IMG/VR virus record: IMGVR_UViG_3300029922_000017
Coordinates: 74,918 to 138,917 of that record
Reading direction: 5' to 3' (one strand)
Length of the DNA: 64,000 bases
Source of the DNA: a virus
Shown here one piece after another: positions 29,587 to 40,327 of the stretch (positions within the stretch are counted from its first letter, which is position 1; each line of letters begins with the position of its first letter). Position numbers and translations under genes: made by a program. The notes under the pieces were generated by a model. It saw nothing but the letters and a program-made list of their open reading frames with translations. It made no database searches and had not been told where the DNA came from.

Positions 29587-30828
29587 TTAATATCTCCGAC
29601 GACCATATCTATTATAAGTTCCAAAATCACTATAATCCGTCGAATTGATAAAATTATCACGAAAGGAACTAATACGAAAGAATATATAAAGTCCAATTTG
29701 AATTACAAACATCAGCCCAAAATACCACCCATACACCCAATCACTCGGAGATACTGACAAATAGTTAAACTTTTTCCAGTCTTTAATCACATAATTCCTC
29801 CGGACTTCAAGTTCAATATTATTAAGGATATTATCATTGATAGGATTGTTTAATAGAATAGTCTCAATATTTTGTTTTACAATCTCCCGCTCGGTAAACC
29901 CAAACACATATGCCCACGTTGCACCATTAGTCCGTGTGCCGCCCCCAAATGTTATTACCAAATCATTTTTACGACCACCAAAGAACTTAGATTCTTGATA
30001 ATGTCCCATTTCTTCTCCTTTATTTCCAAATCCAATCATAATAATATTTACTTTTTTGGAGGCTCCTAATTTAGAATTCAACTGGTCAAATTTCAATGGG
30101 TCAATCAGTGCCAGCGCATTACCCATCAATCGTTGGGAGTGATTATAATCAGGATTAGTCGGCCAATTATAAACGGGAATATTAGTCGGCACTTTAGAGA
30201 ACGCAAATAAATTAGGAGTAGCCTTAACTCGATTTTCAAATGACATTAACTTAGTAACTGGTTCAATCCAATTGTTTATATTTACTGCTTCGTAATCATT
30301 TGGGTCGCCGCCAATCATATGGGAGTCGTGTTCTCCGGTTGTTCTACTACCGGCGACTGAAATCTCCTTACCAAATTTATTAACTATATAATTATATCTA
30401 TTTAAGTCTTCCTCGTAACTTGTATCAATATCAGAGTATTCCGTATAACTATCATAATGCCAACGGGTTTCGTCTTCCCAATGGTCAAATACTTGTCTGG
30501 TATGGTCAACTTCAACTTCATGTTCTTTACCATCGGAATCAGTTTCTGTTTCGGTAGTAGTATAATGTTCAGTCCGATATATAGCTTCCTGATATGCCTC
30601 TTCCCATTTTGAAAAATGATGATTGTGAGTTATTTTTCCACTCCAAGTTTCTTTGTCGGCAGTTTTTGAATGAATACTACCAACAGCAATGCAATTAAAT
30701 ATGATTGCTAATGCCAGTGCGGAACCAGCACCAATCAACCATTCTTGCCAGATAATCTTTTTGTCGAGGAAATGTAGTATTAACCCAATAAAGATTGGAA
30801 TGGCGGCACAAGCATAGAATATCCACAT
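29587..30828 (-). CDS. phage membrane protein (partner of the adjacent LemA-like gene)
   Basis: Two N-terminal and one C-terminal TM helices, DKETWSG, GGRKND; start moved to ATG 30828. Confidence 0.75.
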   Translation of the reverse strand: MWIFYACAAIPIFIGLILHFLDKKIIWQEWLIGAGSALALAIIFNCIAVGSIHSKTADKETWSGKITHNHHFSKWEEAYQEAIYRTEHYTTTETETDSDGKEHEVEVDHTRQVFDHWEDETRWHYDSYTEYSDIDTSYEEDLNRYNYIVNKFGKEISVAGSRTTGEHDSHMIGGDPNDYEAVNINNWIEPVTKLMSFENRVKATPNLFAFSKVPTNIPVYNWPTNPDYNHSQRLMGNALALIDPLKFDQLNSKLGASKKVNIIMIGFGNKGEEMGHYQESKFFGGRKNDLVITFGGGTRTNGATWAYVFGFTEREIVKQNIETILLNNPINDNILNNIELEVRRNYVIKDWKKFNYLSVSPSDWVYGWYFGLMFVIQIGLYIFFRISSFRDNFINSTDYSDFGTYNRYGRRRY

Positions 30829-30832
30829 ATAA

Positions 30833-31399
30833 TTATTTATTGAAAAGTTGAACGTCGTTGTCTTGACCAGTCTTAAACGCATCTTCGGTTCGGGAACTGG
30901 TAACTACAATAATATCAATATGTTTACGACCAAGTAAACTGGCAAATAAACTGTTTGGGAACGTGCCAATAAGGTTGTCATGTTCACGATTAAGGTCAAG
31001 TAACTCTGTCTGACGAGTCTTAAATCCATCACGTTGAGCAACAATGATATTTTGTAGGTTATTAAAGGTTGAAGTATCAACGTTAGGGACGGCTTCATGA
31101 ATCCAATTGGCAAGAGACCCACCCTTATTATCACCGGAACGAGCTTTAGCATAGCCCGTAAAGATTTCAATCAAAGCATTCTTTTGTGCTTCGGTTACTT
31201 GTGCCACCTGTGAAATATTCTTCCACATGGCATCCATTTGATTTTTATTGTCGGTTTGTTTGGCAGTAATGGTATTTTTCAATACCACTTCTTTATTGGA
31301 GAATGAGACTCCCATACCAAATAAAATGGCGATGATGATTAAGCCGACACCGATAAGGCCAGCGATTGAGGTTAGTGTAATAATAGTTGTTTTATTCAT
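30833..31399 (-). CDS. LemA-like membrane-anchored coiled-coil protein
   Basis: N-terminal TM, MWK.ISQ.AQV, FPNS, VVTSSRT..AF.TG.D. Confidence 0.7.
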   Translation of the reverse strand: MNKTTIITLTSIAGLIGVGLIIIAILFGMGVSFSNKEVVLKNTITAKQTDNKNQMDAMWKNISQVAQVTEAQKNALIEIFTGYAKARSGDNKGGSLANWIHEAVPNVDTSTFNNLQNIIVAQRDGFKTRQTELLDLNREHDNLIGTFPNSLFASLLGRKHIDIIVVTSSRTEDAFKTGQDNDVQLFNK

Positions 31400-31989
31400 A
31401 GGTTGTGTAGTATAGTTATTTTTTGTTAATTGTCAAGAGAAAATCCACTTTATAATACGATTAACGATGGCGGCGATACAGTTGAGAATTATATTCCCAA
31501 TTACAATAATAATTAAAACTACCCCAATAATAATACCATGTAGAAACCCATAGGCTATTACTTTTGGACATGTTTTTATTTCATTTACATTTGGACAATT
31601 ATAAAAGAATACAAAAATTCCGAGCAATGACCAAAGTGTAATCGCAGAACCAGCAAGCAGTATAAATAGATTTATCATAAAATATTAGCCCGCATACACG
31701 ATTTCATTGTTTATACAAGTCCGCTCCTGTTGTCTATCCAGTTGCAGTTTATATTCGTCAATCACTTGTTTAGCCGTGGGAATTTCATACGACTTTAAAT
31801 GATGGTAATTTCCAGAATAGTGAAATTCATAGTTGGGCGGGAAATGGCAGTCCATATAACCAATATGGTATTGATTACCATCCACTACCACGAGTGCGCT
31901 TGCCGTGGAAAATCCTAAACAATCAAATATAATTTTCATGATTTAGAGTATATCGGTTTTAGATTATAAGTCAAGGGATAAATTGAAAA

Positions 31990-32015
31990 TGGGTGGAATT
32001 TTTAGGCTCCACCCA
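31990..32015 (-). terminator. intrinsic terminator after rIIB
   Basis: gggtgga/tccaccc hairpin followed by atttt on the - strand. Confidence 0.6.
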
Positions 32016-32038
32016 CAAAACAACAAGCAGGAAACAAA

Positions 32039-33136
32039 TTAAGATTTGATAAAATGACCTTTACTATCCCGTTTCTGTTTAAGATGGGAATCATTGGCAA
32101 ATTTAGATTTCTTATTTTTAAATTCTTCTGAACAGTCCGGACAATAATAATTATGACATTCACATTTATCAACCGGCACAACCCAATCAATTACATCATC
32201 GCCCGACTCATCAATAGTATCTTTAAAGACTTTAGGAGCATTTAATTCATCATATGACTCAAACTTAACTTCGGTTCCTTGTTTAATAAATCGGCCACTA
32301 CCATCTCGCTTCAATTTCTCATGGGAATCATTAGCAAACTTAGACGTATCGGATTTCACAGGTTTGGTCGTATGTTCATTTGTATAAATTAACGGTAAAT
32401 ATTCTTCGAGATTACCCACCACTTTGTATTTGCAACAGCGCAACTTCTGGAAATTGCAGTCGGAAGGAACGCTTACAAAATCAGCCGGATTAATTTCTAC
32501 CAATACAACTTTATTACCATGTCCTTTAGCGTATGCCATAGAACCAGCATGAAGTCCATGACTGCATTCATGTGTATAATCGTCATCAACACTGGAACGT
32601 TTAACTTCGATTGTAGCACCTATGGAATTTTTGATTTTTCCTTCTGCGTTTACTTCACCTTGCAATACAACAGTTTCTAAATTTCCAAATACAGAATAAT
32701 CATCGGGTTGAATGCCCTTGAATGCAATAACATTACCAGCATCGGTCAACGTCAACCCCAAATGCTCTTGAAATTTATATGCCTCTTGAATAGACCGACT
32801 GGACGGATTTTGCGCCAGCTTTTCCATATAATTTGCCAGCGGCTTATAATCCATATTATTCTTCAAGAAAGCCATAACTCGCTGGCTATCCAGACGATGA
32901 ATTGCTCGACCATTATAGGTAACACCAGCCGAATTCACCGAAAGCAATCCGGTGGAATACGACTCAACTACCGACTTAATAGATACTAGTGTTTCTAACA
33001 AAGTCTTATTACCAGCAGCAAAAGCCAATTTAATATTTTCCCATTTTGGGTGGTCTGACTTTGCGGTTAAGATTTGCTTACCATTATCGATGATAAGAGT
33101 TAGAGTTTCGTTAACAAGACTGGATGAAGTAATCAT
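32039..33136 (-). CDS. rIIB: rIIB-like protein
   Basis: NPS, G..IAFKG, R..VDDD...CSHGLHAGS..YA, INPADFVSVP.D...KLRCCKY. Confidence 0.9.
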   Translation of the reverse strand: MITSSSLVNETLTLIIDNGKQILTAKSDHPKWENIKLAFAAGNKTLLETLVSIKSVVESYSTGLLSVNSAGVTYNGRAIHRLDSQRVMAFLKNNMDYKPLANYMEKLAQNPSSRSIQEAYKFQEHLGLTLTDAGNVIAFKGIQPDDYSVFGNLETVVLQGEVNAEGKIKNSIGATIEVKRSSVDDDYTHECSHGLHAGSMAYAKGHGNKVVLVEINPADFVSVPSDCNFQKLRCCKYKVVGNLEEYLPLIYTNEHTTKPVKSDTSKFANDSHEKLKRDGSGRFIKQGTEVKFESYDELNAPKVFKDTIDESGDDVIDWVVPVDKCECHNYYCPDCSEEFKNKKSKFANDSHLKQKRDSKGHFIKS

Positions 33137-33173
33137 ATTGGTAGTATATCAAAGTTTGGATGAATGTCAATGT

Positions 33174-33407
33174 TTAATTATTTTGTGGAACTACGATTGC
33201 AGTTCCTTTATCAGTATCAAATTCAATAGTAATGATTTCTCCCCAACTGACCCATTTACCCGTAAAATCCATCAGTTCAGTTCGGATTTCGGATTGTCGG
33301 TCACAATTTTCATCGGCATCGACAATGTCACATGCCGCTTGTTCGGCAATGTCTTTAACGCTTTCATATACTGCGTCGGGGGTTTTAAAAGTAACAGTAA
33401 ATTTCAT
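33174..33407 (-). CDS. hypothetical phage protein
   Basis: VTFKTPDAV...WGE.ITIEFDT. Confidence 0.7.
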   Translation of the reverse strand: MKFTVTFKTPDAVYESVKDIAEQAACDIVDADENCDRQSEIRTELMDFTGKWVSWGEIITIEFDTDKGTAIVVPQNN

Positions 33408-33408
33408 A

Positions 33409-33732
33409 TTATTTATAGGTATCTAACGTTTCGTTACAAAAATCAATAGTTTCGACTAGTTTTTTCTTAAAAGACATAATCTTTTTCAGATTATTTTTAA
33501 GCCAAATTCTATCTTCTTTTATTACTTGTTCAGGAAAAAATACACAAGTCTTCATATGTCGAATCGGGAAAAGAGCCTCAACACTAATATATTCCCCATT
33601 CCGTCCCACATTGGTTGCAATAACAATACAAGATACCCCTTCCCACGACTCATTACCATTATCAGTTCTATTGAATGGATATCCTACATCTTTGGTATAT
33701 ACTAAATCACCAACTTTTAAATTATGTTTCAT
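33409..33732 (-). CDS. hypothetical protein
   Basis: 107 aa, own early promoter. Confidence 0.65.
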   Translation of the reverse strand: MKHNLKVGDLVYTKDVGYPFNRTDNGNESWEGVSCIVIATNVGRNGEYISVEALFPIRHMKTCVFFPEQVIKEDRIWLKNNLKKIMSFKKKLVETIDFCNETLDTYK

Positions 33733-33756
33733 ATTTGAGAGTATATTGATTTTAGA

Positions 33757-34164
33757 TTAATTGTCAACTATAATTGTCGGCAATTTCTGTCTAAATGGAT
33801 TTTGGGTGTTGTCCCATTCTCTAAACATTCTTTTAATTTTTCGTTCAGTTCTAGCTGTATCATCCATTTCCTGAATTTTAAATGGAGTCTTTCTAATAGA
33901 TACCCACGGATATCGACTTCCAAATTGTTTCAGTGTCAAATCAATATAATAATCATTAATCAACAAGAAACAATGCCTATCATTCATACAAAATGTCGGC
34001 TTATATCCAAGTTGTTTAAAAGTTTTAAATAATAGATAACTGGATATTCCACACAATCCTTCTAATTCTACGCTGGAAGAGTGTGTCCACTTATTAATTT
34101 CAACGTGGTCTCCCAATGAGCGACGAATTGATTTCAGTAAAGTTCTAATCGTATGATTATTCAT
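33757..34164 (-). CDS. hypothetical protein (transglutaminase-like C/H/D pattern)
   Basis: GLCGISS...HCF...IDLT.KQF. Confidence 0.55.
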   Translation of the reverse strand: MNNHTIRTLLKSIRRSLGDHVEINKWTHSSSVELEGLCGISSYLLFKTFKQLGYKPTFCMNDRHCFLLINDYYIDLTLKQFGSRYPWVSIRKTPFKIQEMDDTARTERKIKRMFREWDNTQNPFRQKLPTIIVDN

Positions 34165-34167
34165 ATT

Positions 34168-36537
34168 TTAAGCAGCAACCGCTTCGACTTCGGATTTAAA
34201 TTCTTCCTTAAATTCGGGATTGAGTTCGATATAGCAATCCATCGAACGGACGTATCTTACGAATTTCTTCTTGGTATCTTCATCAAAATAACTATTGTAT
34301 CGTAGATTGCTCCAAGTAATATAAGGATACAAATGTCCAATTTCTTCCTTCATCTTTTCCAAATCAACGTTGGGCGTGATGGAATTGGAAATGCCACTCC
34401 AAATTTCAAGTGTTGATAGAGCGGATACCATATTTTTCGACTCGGTTTTCTGTTCAATTCCAAGAGCAGTCTTACAGAGATTTGAGATAATATGAGTATC
34501 GCCCAATTCACTTATTAATTGCGGAACCACATCCACATCAACCACGTCATTCTCAACAGTATCATTCACCAACTCTTGGGCATTAATATTAGGAAGTTGT
34601 TCCTTTACATAATCCACGACGTTAATCCATTCTTTGTTGGCGACTGCTTTATTAAACCAAACCGAATTTTTAGTAGTTGCACCGACGATATACACCTTAT
34701 CAATATCCAAATCAAATTTATCGTTGATAGTTTTCAGAGCAGATAGAACATCAGATTTATATTTATTATATCGGCAACCAGCCGCCCCTGAAACAACCAC
34801 TTTATTCTTCGTGCGGCGACCCGTAGCCTGATATAGATAATAAACATTCTCTTCGATATCCTTGAAAGAAACATCAGACTCTTCAACGGTTTCCGACACC
34901 AAATCAAGGTATTGGATATGCTTAATAGTAACCCCACCACCCGAAGAGTTGCGAGTGCCTTTATTGGCATTATACCAAGATTTAGCGGAAGTGATAATCT
35001 CACTCATCTTAATGACCGGCACGGTATCGAAATTATATTCTTTATAGAATAAATCCTTCATTTCGGGCGTGGTGAAGTTCAACATGTGAACCGTCTTATA
35101 ATCATGATTATCTTGAATATCATCACAAAAGCATAGATAACGAGCAACCATTGCTACTCCCGATTTCTTATTCGTGTCATTGATTACAACCGCAACATAA
35201 TCACTAGCAGTAATACCATTGTAATTTTCATATTTACACTTATTCGTCTTTAATTTACCACTCTTAGGACGATAAGTAGTCATGACCGGTCGATAAGGTT
35301 GATGATTACTATCATTAATAGTTGCCGGAGAATCATTATTATCAAATTTATTGATATGACGAAAGCTGGCGTCACTGATTACCACGCCGTTCCAAGTCAA
35401 CTGACCTTTAAGGGACTCTTCCAATTGGCGAAGATTGCCATTAAGAATTTTAATGTTGTCAATATTGACACCACCATCTTCCGTGTCAATCGGCAAACCA
35501 CTACCAAAGATAGAATTATAAATCTTTTTTGCTTCCCAAATATTGGTGGCATTGGTGAATTTATCTTGGACAGCATTTTTAATCTTAACGAAAATATCGT
35601 TAATCTTGGCAGTAAGGGCGTTGATAGTCAGGTCGGAATATTCTAATGCTTCCCGGGAGTCAACGAACTGGACTTCTGCCATTCCAAATTTTAGAATTAC
35701 ATCGTTGGATTGTAATAGTTCAAATAAACAACGAGTTTGAGAATTCAACGGAAGCGAGGTTGAAATCTTATTCCAGTCAATAGGATACCCAACTCCGGCC
35801 ATCAGAGCAACACCAGTTGCGGTATAATCACTCTTTGCTCTAACTTCCCATCCATCTCCGGATAGCGATGCTGGCAACTTACGGAAATTTTCCAACTTCT
35901 CCTTATATTCCTCATTCATATTAAGAATTTGAGGAAGCACCGCCCAATATTTAAAATAATTAGCCGCTTCTTCGTGGAATGAATATAAATCTGAGTTCTT
36001 AATGGGAATTGAAACTTCCAATCCCTGAGGTTCATCGCTAGGTGTGCGGGAAAGTAGAAGAATAGTTGGTAATGTGGAAGTATCTCCCTTAATACATTGA
36101 TAAATAGATTTTTCACCATTAATCCACGAAGTTACTGTGCAACTATCGCTAACCGCCATGAAAACTTTATTTCCATATCCGAGTAACCCATTATATTCGT
36201 TGGAGTTACGCTTGGTGGAATATCCAAATACACAATATGTATTGGTAATTTCTTCTTCGGTAAGACCAGTGCCGAAATCACGAAACTTAATATTCGAGTC
36301 ATCAAATGTCGGTAGTGTAAAAATAATATCTGAAATTGGCTTATTTACCTGAATATGCACGTCAGCACAGTTGTTAATTATTTCACGAATGCAGGCCCTC
36401 GTTTTGTTTGCGTAGATTTTATCAGCCAAAGAAATCATAATTCTAGCCTCGGTTTCTTTGGAAATATGAAAGTTGGCGACGGAGCGAATTCCATTGCCAG
36501 ACGTTGCTACTGTTTGCTTTGTTTCGTTGGATATCAT
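34168..36537 (-). CDS. rIIA: rIIA-like protein with GHKL/Hsp90-like ATPase N-terminus
   Basis: IREIINNCADVH, RDFGTGL, STKRNSN...GLLGYG.K, SREALEY. Confidence 0.9.
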   Translation of the reverse strand: MISNETKQTVATSGNGIRSVANFHISKETEARIMISLADKIYANKTRACIREIINNCADVHIQVNKPISDIIFTLPTFDDSNIKFRDFGTGLTEEEITNTYCVFGYSTKRNSNEYNGLLGYGNKVFMAVSDSCTVTSWINGEKSIYQCIKGDTSTLPTILLLSRTPSDEPQGLEVSIPIKNSDLYSFHEEAANYFKYWAVLPQILNMNEEYKEKLENFRKLPASLSGDGWEVRAKSDYTATGVALMAGVGYPIDWNKISTSLPLNSQTRCLFELLQSNDVILKFGMAEVQFVDSREALEYSDLTINALTAKINDIFVKIKNAVQDKFTNATNIWEAKKIYNSIFGSGLPIDTEDGGVNIDNIKILNGNLRQLEESLKGQLTWNGVVISDASFRHINKFDNNDSPATINDSNHQPYRPVMTTYRPKSGKLKTNKCKYENYNGITASDYVAVVINDTNKKSGVAMVARYLCFCDDIQDNHDYKTVHMLNFTTPEMKDLFYKEYNFDTVPVIKMSEIITSAKSWYNANKGTRNSSGGGVTIKHIQYLDLVSETVEESDVSFKDIEENVYYLYQATGRRTKNKVVVSGAAGCRYNKYKSDVLSALKTINDKFDLDIDKVYIVGATTKNSVWFNKAVANKEWINVVDYVKEQLPNINAQELVNDTVENDVVDVDVVPQLISELGDTHIISNLCKTALGIEQKTESKNMVSALSTLEIWSGISNSITPNVDLEKMKEEIGHLYPYITWSNLRYNSYFDEDTKKKFVRYVRSMDCYIELNPEFKEEFKSEVEAVAA

Positions 36538-36585
36538 AATTTAGTTATTTGTTATGACACCACTATATTGATTTTAGTCCGGAAG

Positions 36586-37800
36586 TCAAGGTCTTTTTGT
36601 GATTATCCATTTTTGGCAGGATTTATTATATCCTGTCTTTAGGCTACTCACTCCTGCCTTGGATAGATTATATTTTTTTAGAAATTCATTACCAGTTCCG
36701 GCAAATGTTTCTCTTGTGATTTTATGTTGGAATGTAAATATCCGACCATCATAAAATCCATTATCTGCTCCTGCCTGTTTTCCAATTTGTGCCAAACTCA
36801 TTTTCCTTCTGCTTTCTTCGGTGAATGTCTTTCCCGTTCTTCCGTGTGTATGTGTTTTATAATATGTTTTTAGTTTTTTACTTATATCGGTTCGTATATC
36901 GTCGGTATGCGTTTTACCATAATAATGATTTTTATCTCCCATTACACTTTCACGAGTGCCACGCATCTTTTCCTTAATCTCGTCTGTATGTTTTTTACCA
37001 TAATATCCATTATTTTTACCACTATGAGCAATTGACATCTTTCGTTTAGTTTCCTCGCTTATAATCAATTTCTGATTACTTTTTCTAACTAGATTATATC
37101 CGCCATCGTCAGCCATAGTTTTATATTTCTCAATATAATGGCATTCTTTTAATAATAAATCTTCTTCGGTGATATTGTATAATTCATCGACAAGTTCTAT
37201 TTTAAAGTTATCAATCCCATATTTAACAATAGAATTTCGTAATACCGACCTACCACGGTTACTATTTAAAGCGTCCCACTTATGCTCTTTCCACCTAGTT
37301 TCAATATCCCTAGTAGTAATACCTACATACTTCTTGTTATTTACTAGATTTGTTATTAGATATACTATTCCTTTTTCTATAAGCATCTCTTTTCCGCTTT
37401 CTTTCGGCTTCAATATTGTCGTAATAGTATTTTTGCTGGTAGGCTCGATTGTTGGAACGGATATCTTCGATGGTTCTGACTGGGTATATCCAGGCGTTTC
37501 GAAAATATTCCCAATTATAACCGTCCCATTTAAATCATGCTCCCCATATATATTTTCAATTATAGATTGATATGGCTTATTATCCCGAAGCGAAGTAAAA
37601 TAAAATGTATTAAATTCCAATTTATTATTGGACTGACCATCATGAGATATAACTGTTCTGGCTATTTTTCCAAATTGGACTATAAAAATATTATCTTCAT
37701 GATAGACGGATACTATATCTCCATCATAAATTTCTTTTCCGGTATTATCTTTTATACCGGCATATTGTTGGATTTTAGCTTGCTCATTCTCATCCATCAA
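36586..37800 (-). CDS. YopX domain fused to GIY-YIG/NUMOD3 endonuclease
   Basis: QYAGIKD.TGKEIYDGDI...IGNIFE, then IVYLITN..N.KKYVG.T, GYN, repeated YGKKHT.E. Confidence 0.8.
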   Translation of the reverse strand: MMDENEQAKIQQYAGIKDNTGKEIYDGDIVSVYHEDNIFIVQFGKIARTVISHDGQSNNKLEFNTFYFTSLRDNKPYQSIIENIYGEHDLNGTVIIGNIFETPGYTQSEPSKISVPTIEPTSKNTITTILKPKESGKEMLIEKGIVYLITNLVNNKKYVGITTRDIETRWKEHKWDALNSNRGRSVLRNSIVKYGIDNFKIELVDELYNITEEDLLLKECHYIEKYKTMADDGGYNLVRKSNQKLIISEETKRKMSIAHSGKNNGYYGKKHTDEIKEKMRGTRESVMGDKNHYYGKTHTDDIRTDISKKLKTYYKTHTHGRTGKTFTEESRRKMSLAQIGKQAGADNGFYDGRIFTFQHKITRETFAGTGNEFLKKYNLSKAGVSSLKTGYNKSCQKWIITKRP

Positions 37801-38194
37801 TTCACCAAAACTTTTATGATAAACTTTTCCATCATTGTCTGTCCATAATCATATTTCCACGGCATATAATCCGATTTATTTTTCATATTTTATTATTTAA
37901 AACTAATTATTCTAATTAATTCTATATGGTCAGTTTCTCCGACTTCTGTATTATATCTAACAGGTCCAAAATCTTGGTCATTGTGCCAATTATCAATATT
38001 GGCCAATTCTTCACCATACATTTTCATTTCCTCTTTGCCCGCCATTTTATCATCACCATACATTTCTTCTTGCATTTTATCTAAAATCTCATATCCTTTA
38101 ATTATAAATGATGAATAGGTCTCGCCGGAACAAACCATCAAGAAAGTTGAGTCTGCTATTTTATGTAATACATTCATAATTGTTATTTATTAAA

Positions 38195-38605
38195 TCATCC
38201 CCAATAAGAATACAACAACCACTTCGGCTCCTGTGTATATTCAATATCATATTTCTTGAGAAAATCGGTGATAATGGCTGGGTTATGTGCAACTAGTGGA
38301 TTTATTTCTCCCGCCTCTCCCCTATAAGTAGTTTGTTCTGTTCCTCTCAATCCAATAATATACATCGGATAGTCACCGGAACAGTGGGTAAATAATTCGA
38401 TTGGACATTTCTTTTCCATCTCCCTTTTGGCTTCCCAATACTTGGAATATAATTCTTTATTAGTTTCATACTCCTCCGTTGGTTCCGACAATCCGTTCAA
38501 TTCTGCCCACCAACTGTCAAACCCCTCAAAATCGTCCCACGGAAATTCGGTTCCATCCTCAAAAGGAATACCATAACAAATAGATGCGTTAGTTGATTGT
38601 CCCAT
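38195..38605 (-). CDS. hypothetical phage protein
   Basis: MGQSTNASICYG...HCSGDYPMY. Confidence 0.7.
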   Translation of the reverse strand: MGQSTNASICYGIPFEDGTEFPWDDFEGFDSWWAELNGLSEPTEEYETNKELYSKYWEAKREMEKKCPIELFTHCSGDYPMYIIGLRGTEQTTYRGEAGEINPLVAHNPAIITDFLKKYDIEYTQEPKWLLYSYWG

Positions 38606-38819
38606 AATTTATGTTTAAGTTAATTTTCTATAAATCCAAATTAAAATTGGCGGAGTGACGGCAAATCCAACAATCATTATCATAATTGGAAGATAATCTT
38701 CAAGTAAAAATGTAAGGGGAGTCATATATTATTTATTTTTGTTAATGAAATAATCATTGACTAATACATAAGTCAAGAACATCCCCACTAAAATTACGAT
38801 AGCAGTATTATCATTCATA

Positions 38820-39299
38820 TTATTTCTTCTCCTTTTTGGACATCCCGATATTTGATTTATTGTTGGTGGCACCTACTTCTTTTCGGCTCAGTTTTGGCAA
38901 TCTATCTTTCAATATTGACTTTATGACTTTGCTATATAATTTACCGAGTTCTGGCTGTTTAAGTATCATTTTCAAGTGGGCAGTCTCACAATTCTTCAAT
39001 AATACATATTTAAGCGGTGATTTACCATTTTTACCATAGGTTCCCCATAATAGTTTTCCCTTAATGGCATATAGAGGTTCAGTATCATCAACACACCACT
39101 CCATCCAAAGAGTTCCATATCCTTTATCGGAATTTCCGGAGGTTGCTCGCCGGTAATAGGAGTCGCCTCCATCGACGCTTACGCTATTTCCATTTTTAAA
39201 TGTATACGTCTTATAGTCATGACGATGAGCAGACACTAGAAAGTATTCATCTGGGAAATTCTCCATAATTTTAACCGCATTCTGTATAATCATGCTCAC
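38820..39299 (-). CDS. conserved hypothetical phage protein
   Basis: SAHRHDY...VDGG.SY.RR, WGTYGKNG. Confidence 0.7.
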   Translation of the reverse strand: MSMIIQNAVKIMENFPDEYFLVSAHRHDYKTYTFKNGNSVSVDGGDSYYRRATSGNSDKGYGTLWMEWCVDDTEPLYAIKGKLLWGTYGKNGKSPLKYVLLKNCETAHLKMILKQPELGKLYSKVIKSILKDRLPKLSRKEVGATNNKSNIGMSKKEKK

Positions 39300-39366
39300 A
39301 ATATACCAAAAAAGTATTATTTGTCAAGATTTTTCGTCGAAAAGTATATCCGAATTTAGAGTAAAG

Positions 39367-39789
39367 TTAAGGAATTTCACTTTTCTGCATCTCTATAGGT
39401 CTTTCCTGAAATTTTCTATAGGGCAGCGGCGGGATTGTATCATTCGCACAATCTGGAAAATTATACATACTTTCCCGTTCATTTATGTATCGCAGAGCAG
39501 TTTCGTGTCTAGTTTCATTTGGAAATTTTCTAGCAACGGCCATTATTAATTGATAGTAATTATCATACAATCTCTCAATACAGCCATGACACATCCAATG
39601 TTCAGTTTTATTGGAATTACCTAAATTTAGTAAACCTACATTAGTCCATCCACATGTATTACATATTTTATCAGGATTGTCAAATGGAGTATTTAAATTC
39701 TTAGTTGGAATTTTATCGGGGTCATATCCTTCCGTTAAAATATCATATACCGGAACTTTAGCATTTTTATTTGGCTTTAAATTATACAT
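39367..39789 (-). CDS. hypothetical zinc-binding protein
   Basis: CNTC...CHGC, ETRHETALRYI. Confidence 0.6.
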   Translation of the reverse strand: MYNLKPNKNAKVPVYDILTEGYDPDKIPTKNLNTPFDNPDKICNTCGWTNVGLLNLGNSNKTEHWMCHGCIERLYDNYYQLIMAVARKFPNETRHETALRYINERESMYNFPDCANDTIPPLPYRKFQERPIEMQKSEIP

Positions 39790-39894
39790 AAATATTTTTT
39801 AGGAATTGATTTTACTTTATTATTTAATTGATACTTATCATACCCCATCTGTGCGGCACGGCGCAATGCCGAACTTAAATACGGGTATCCAATA

Positions 39895-39975
39895 TCATAC
39901 ATCGAGTTTAATATATTCTAATATAGTTTCAGTTGAAACATCACCAGTCGAACATACAAAATGTCCATCAAACAT
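39895..39975 (-). mobile_element. remnant of IS200/IS605 TnpA (Y1 transposase) C-terminus
   Basis: Translates to MFDGHFVCSTGDVSTETILEYIKLDV*, matching the DGYF..S.G..S.E.I..YI pattern. Confidence 0.6.
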
Positions 39976-40327
39976 ATTGGAATCTAATACCATCATATTG
40001 TTTTGAGTTTAAAAACCTTTTCGTTTTATAATTTGGATGGAATGGTAAGTTTTTATAAAGTAATATTTTGATACTACCTATGGAACATATACCTTTGTTT
40101 TCACACCACTCTTCTACTTCTTTTCGTATTCCTCTAAATAATTCATTATTATTTTTATCAACCACTTTTACAAATGTTGCACGAGGATTATTTCTTCCAG
40201 TTGAATATTCTTTAATTTTCTGTAATACCTCTTTATCGCCCACAAAGCGTTTCATCGGCGGCGACCACAAAATTGCACCAAACTGGTCTAATTCTTTCTT
40301 ACATTTATCACAAATTGGTTTAATCAT
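39968..40327 (-). CDS. chimeric ORF (zinc-finger N-terminus plus endonuclease-like C-terminal DNA-binding tail)
   Basis: ICDKCKKEL..FGAIL.SPP lacks its second CxxC; followed by GRNNPRA... Confidence 0.45.
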   Translation of the reverse strand: MIKPICDKCKKELDQFGAILWSPPMKRFVGDKEVLQKIKEYSTGRNNPRATFVKVVDKNNNELFRGIRKEVEEWCENKGICSIGSIKILLYKNLPFHPNYKTKRFLNSKQYDGIRFQYV

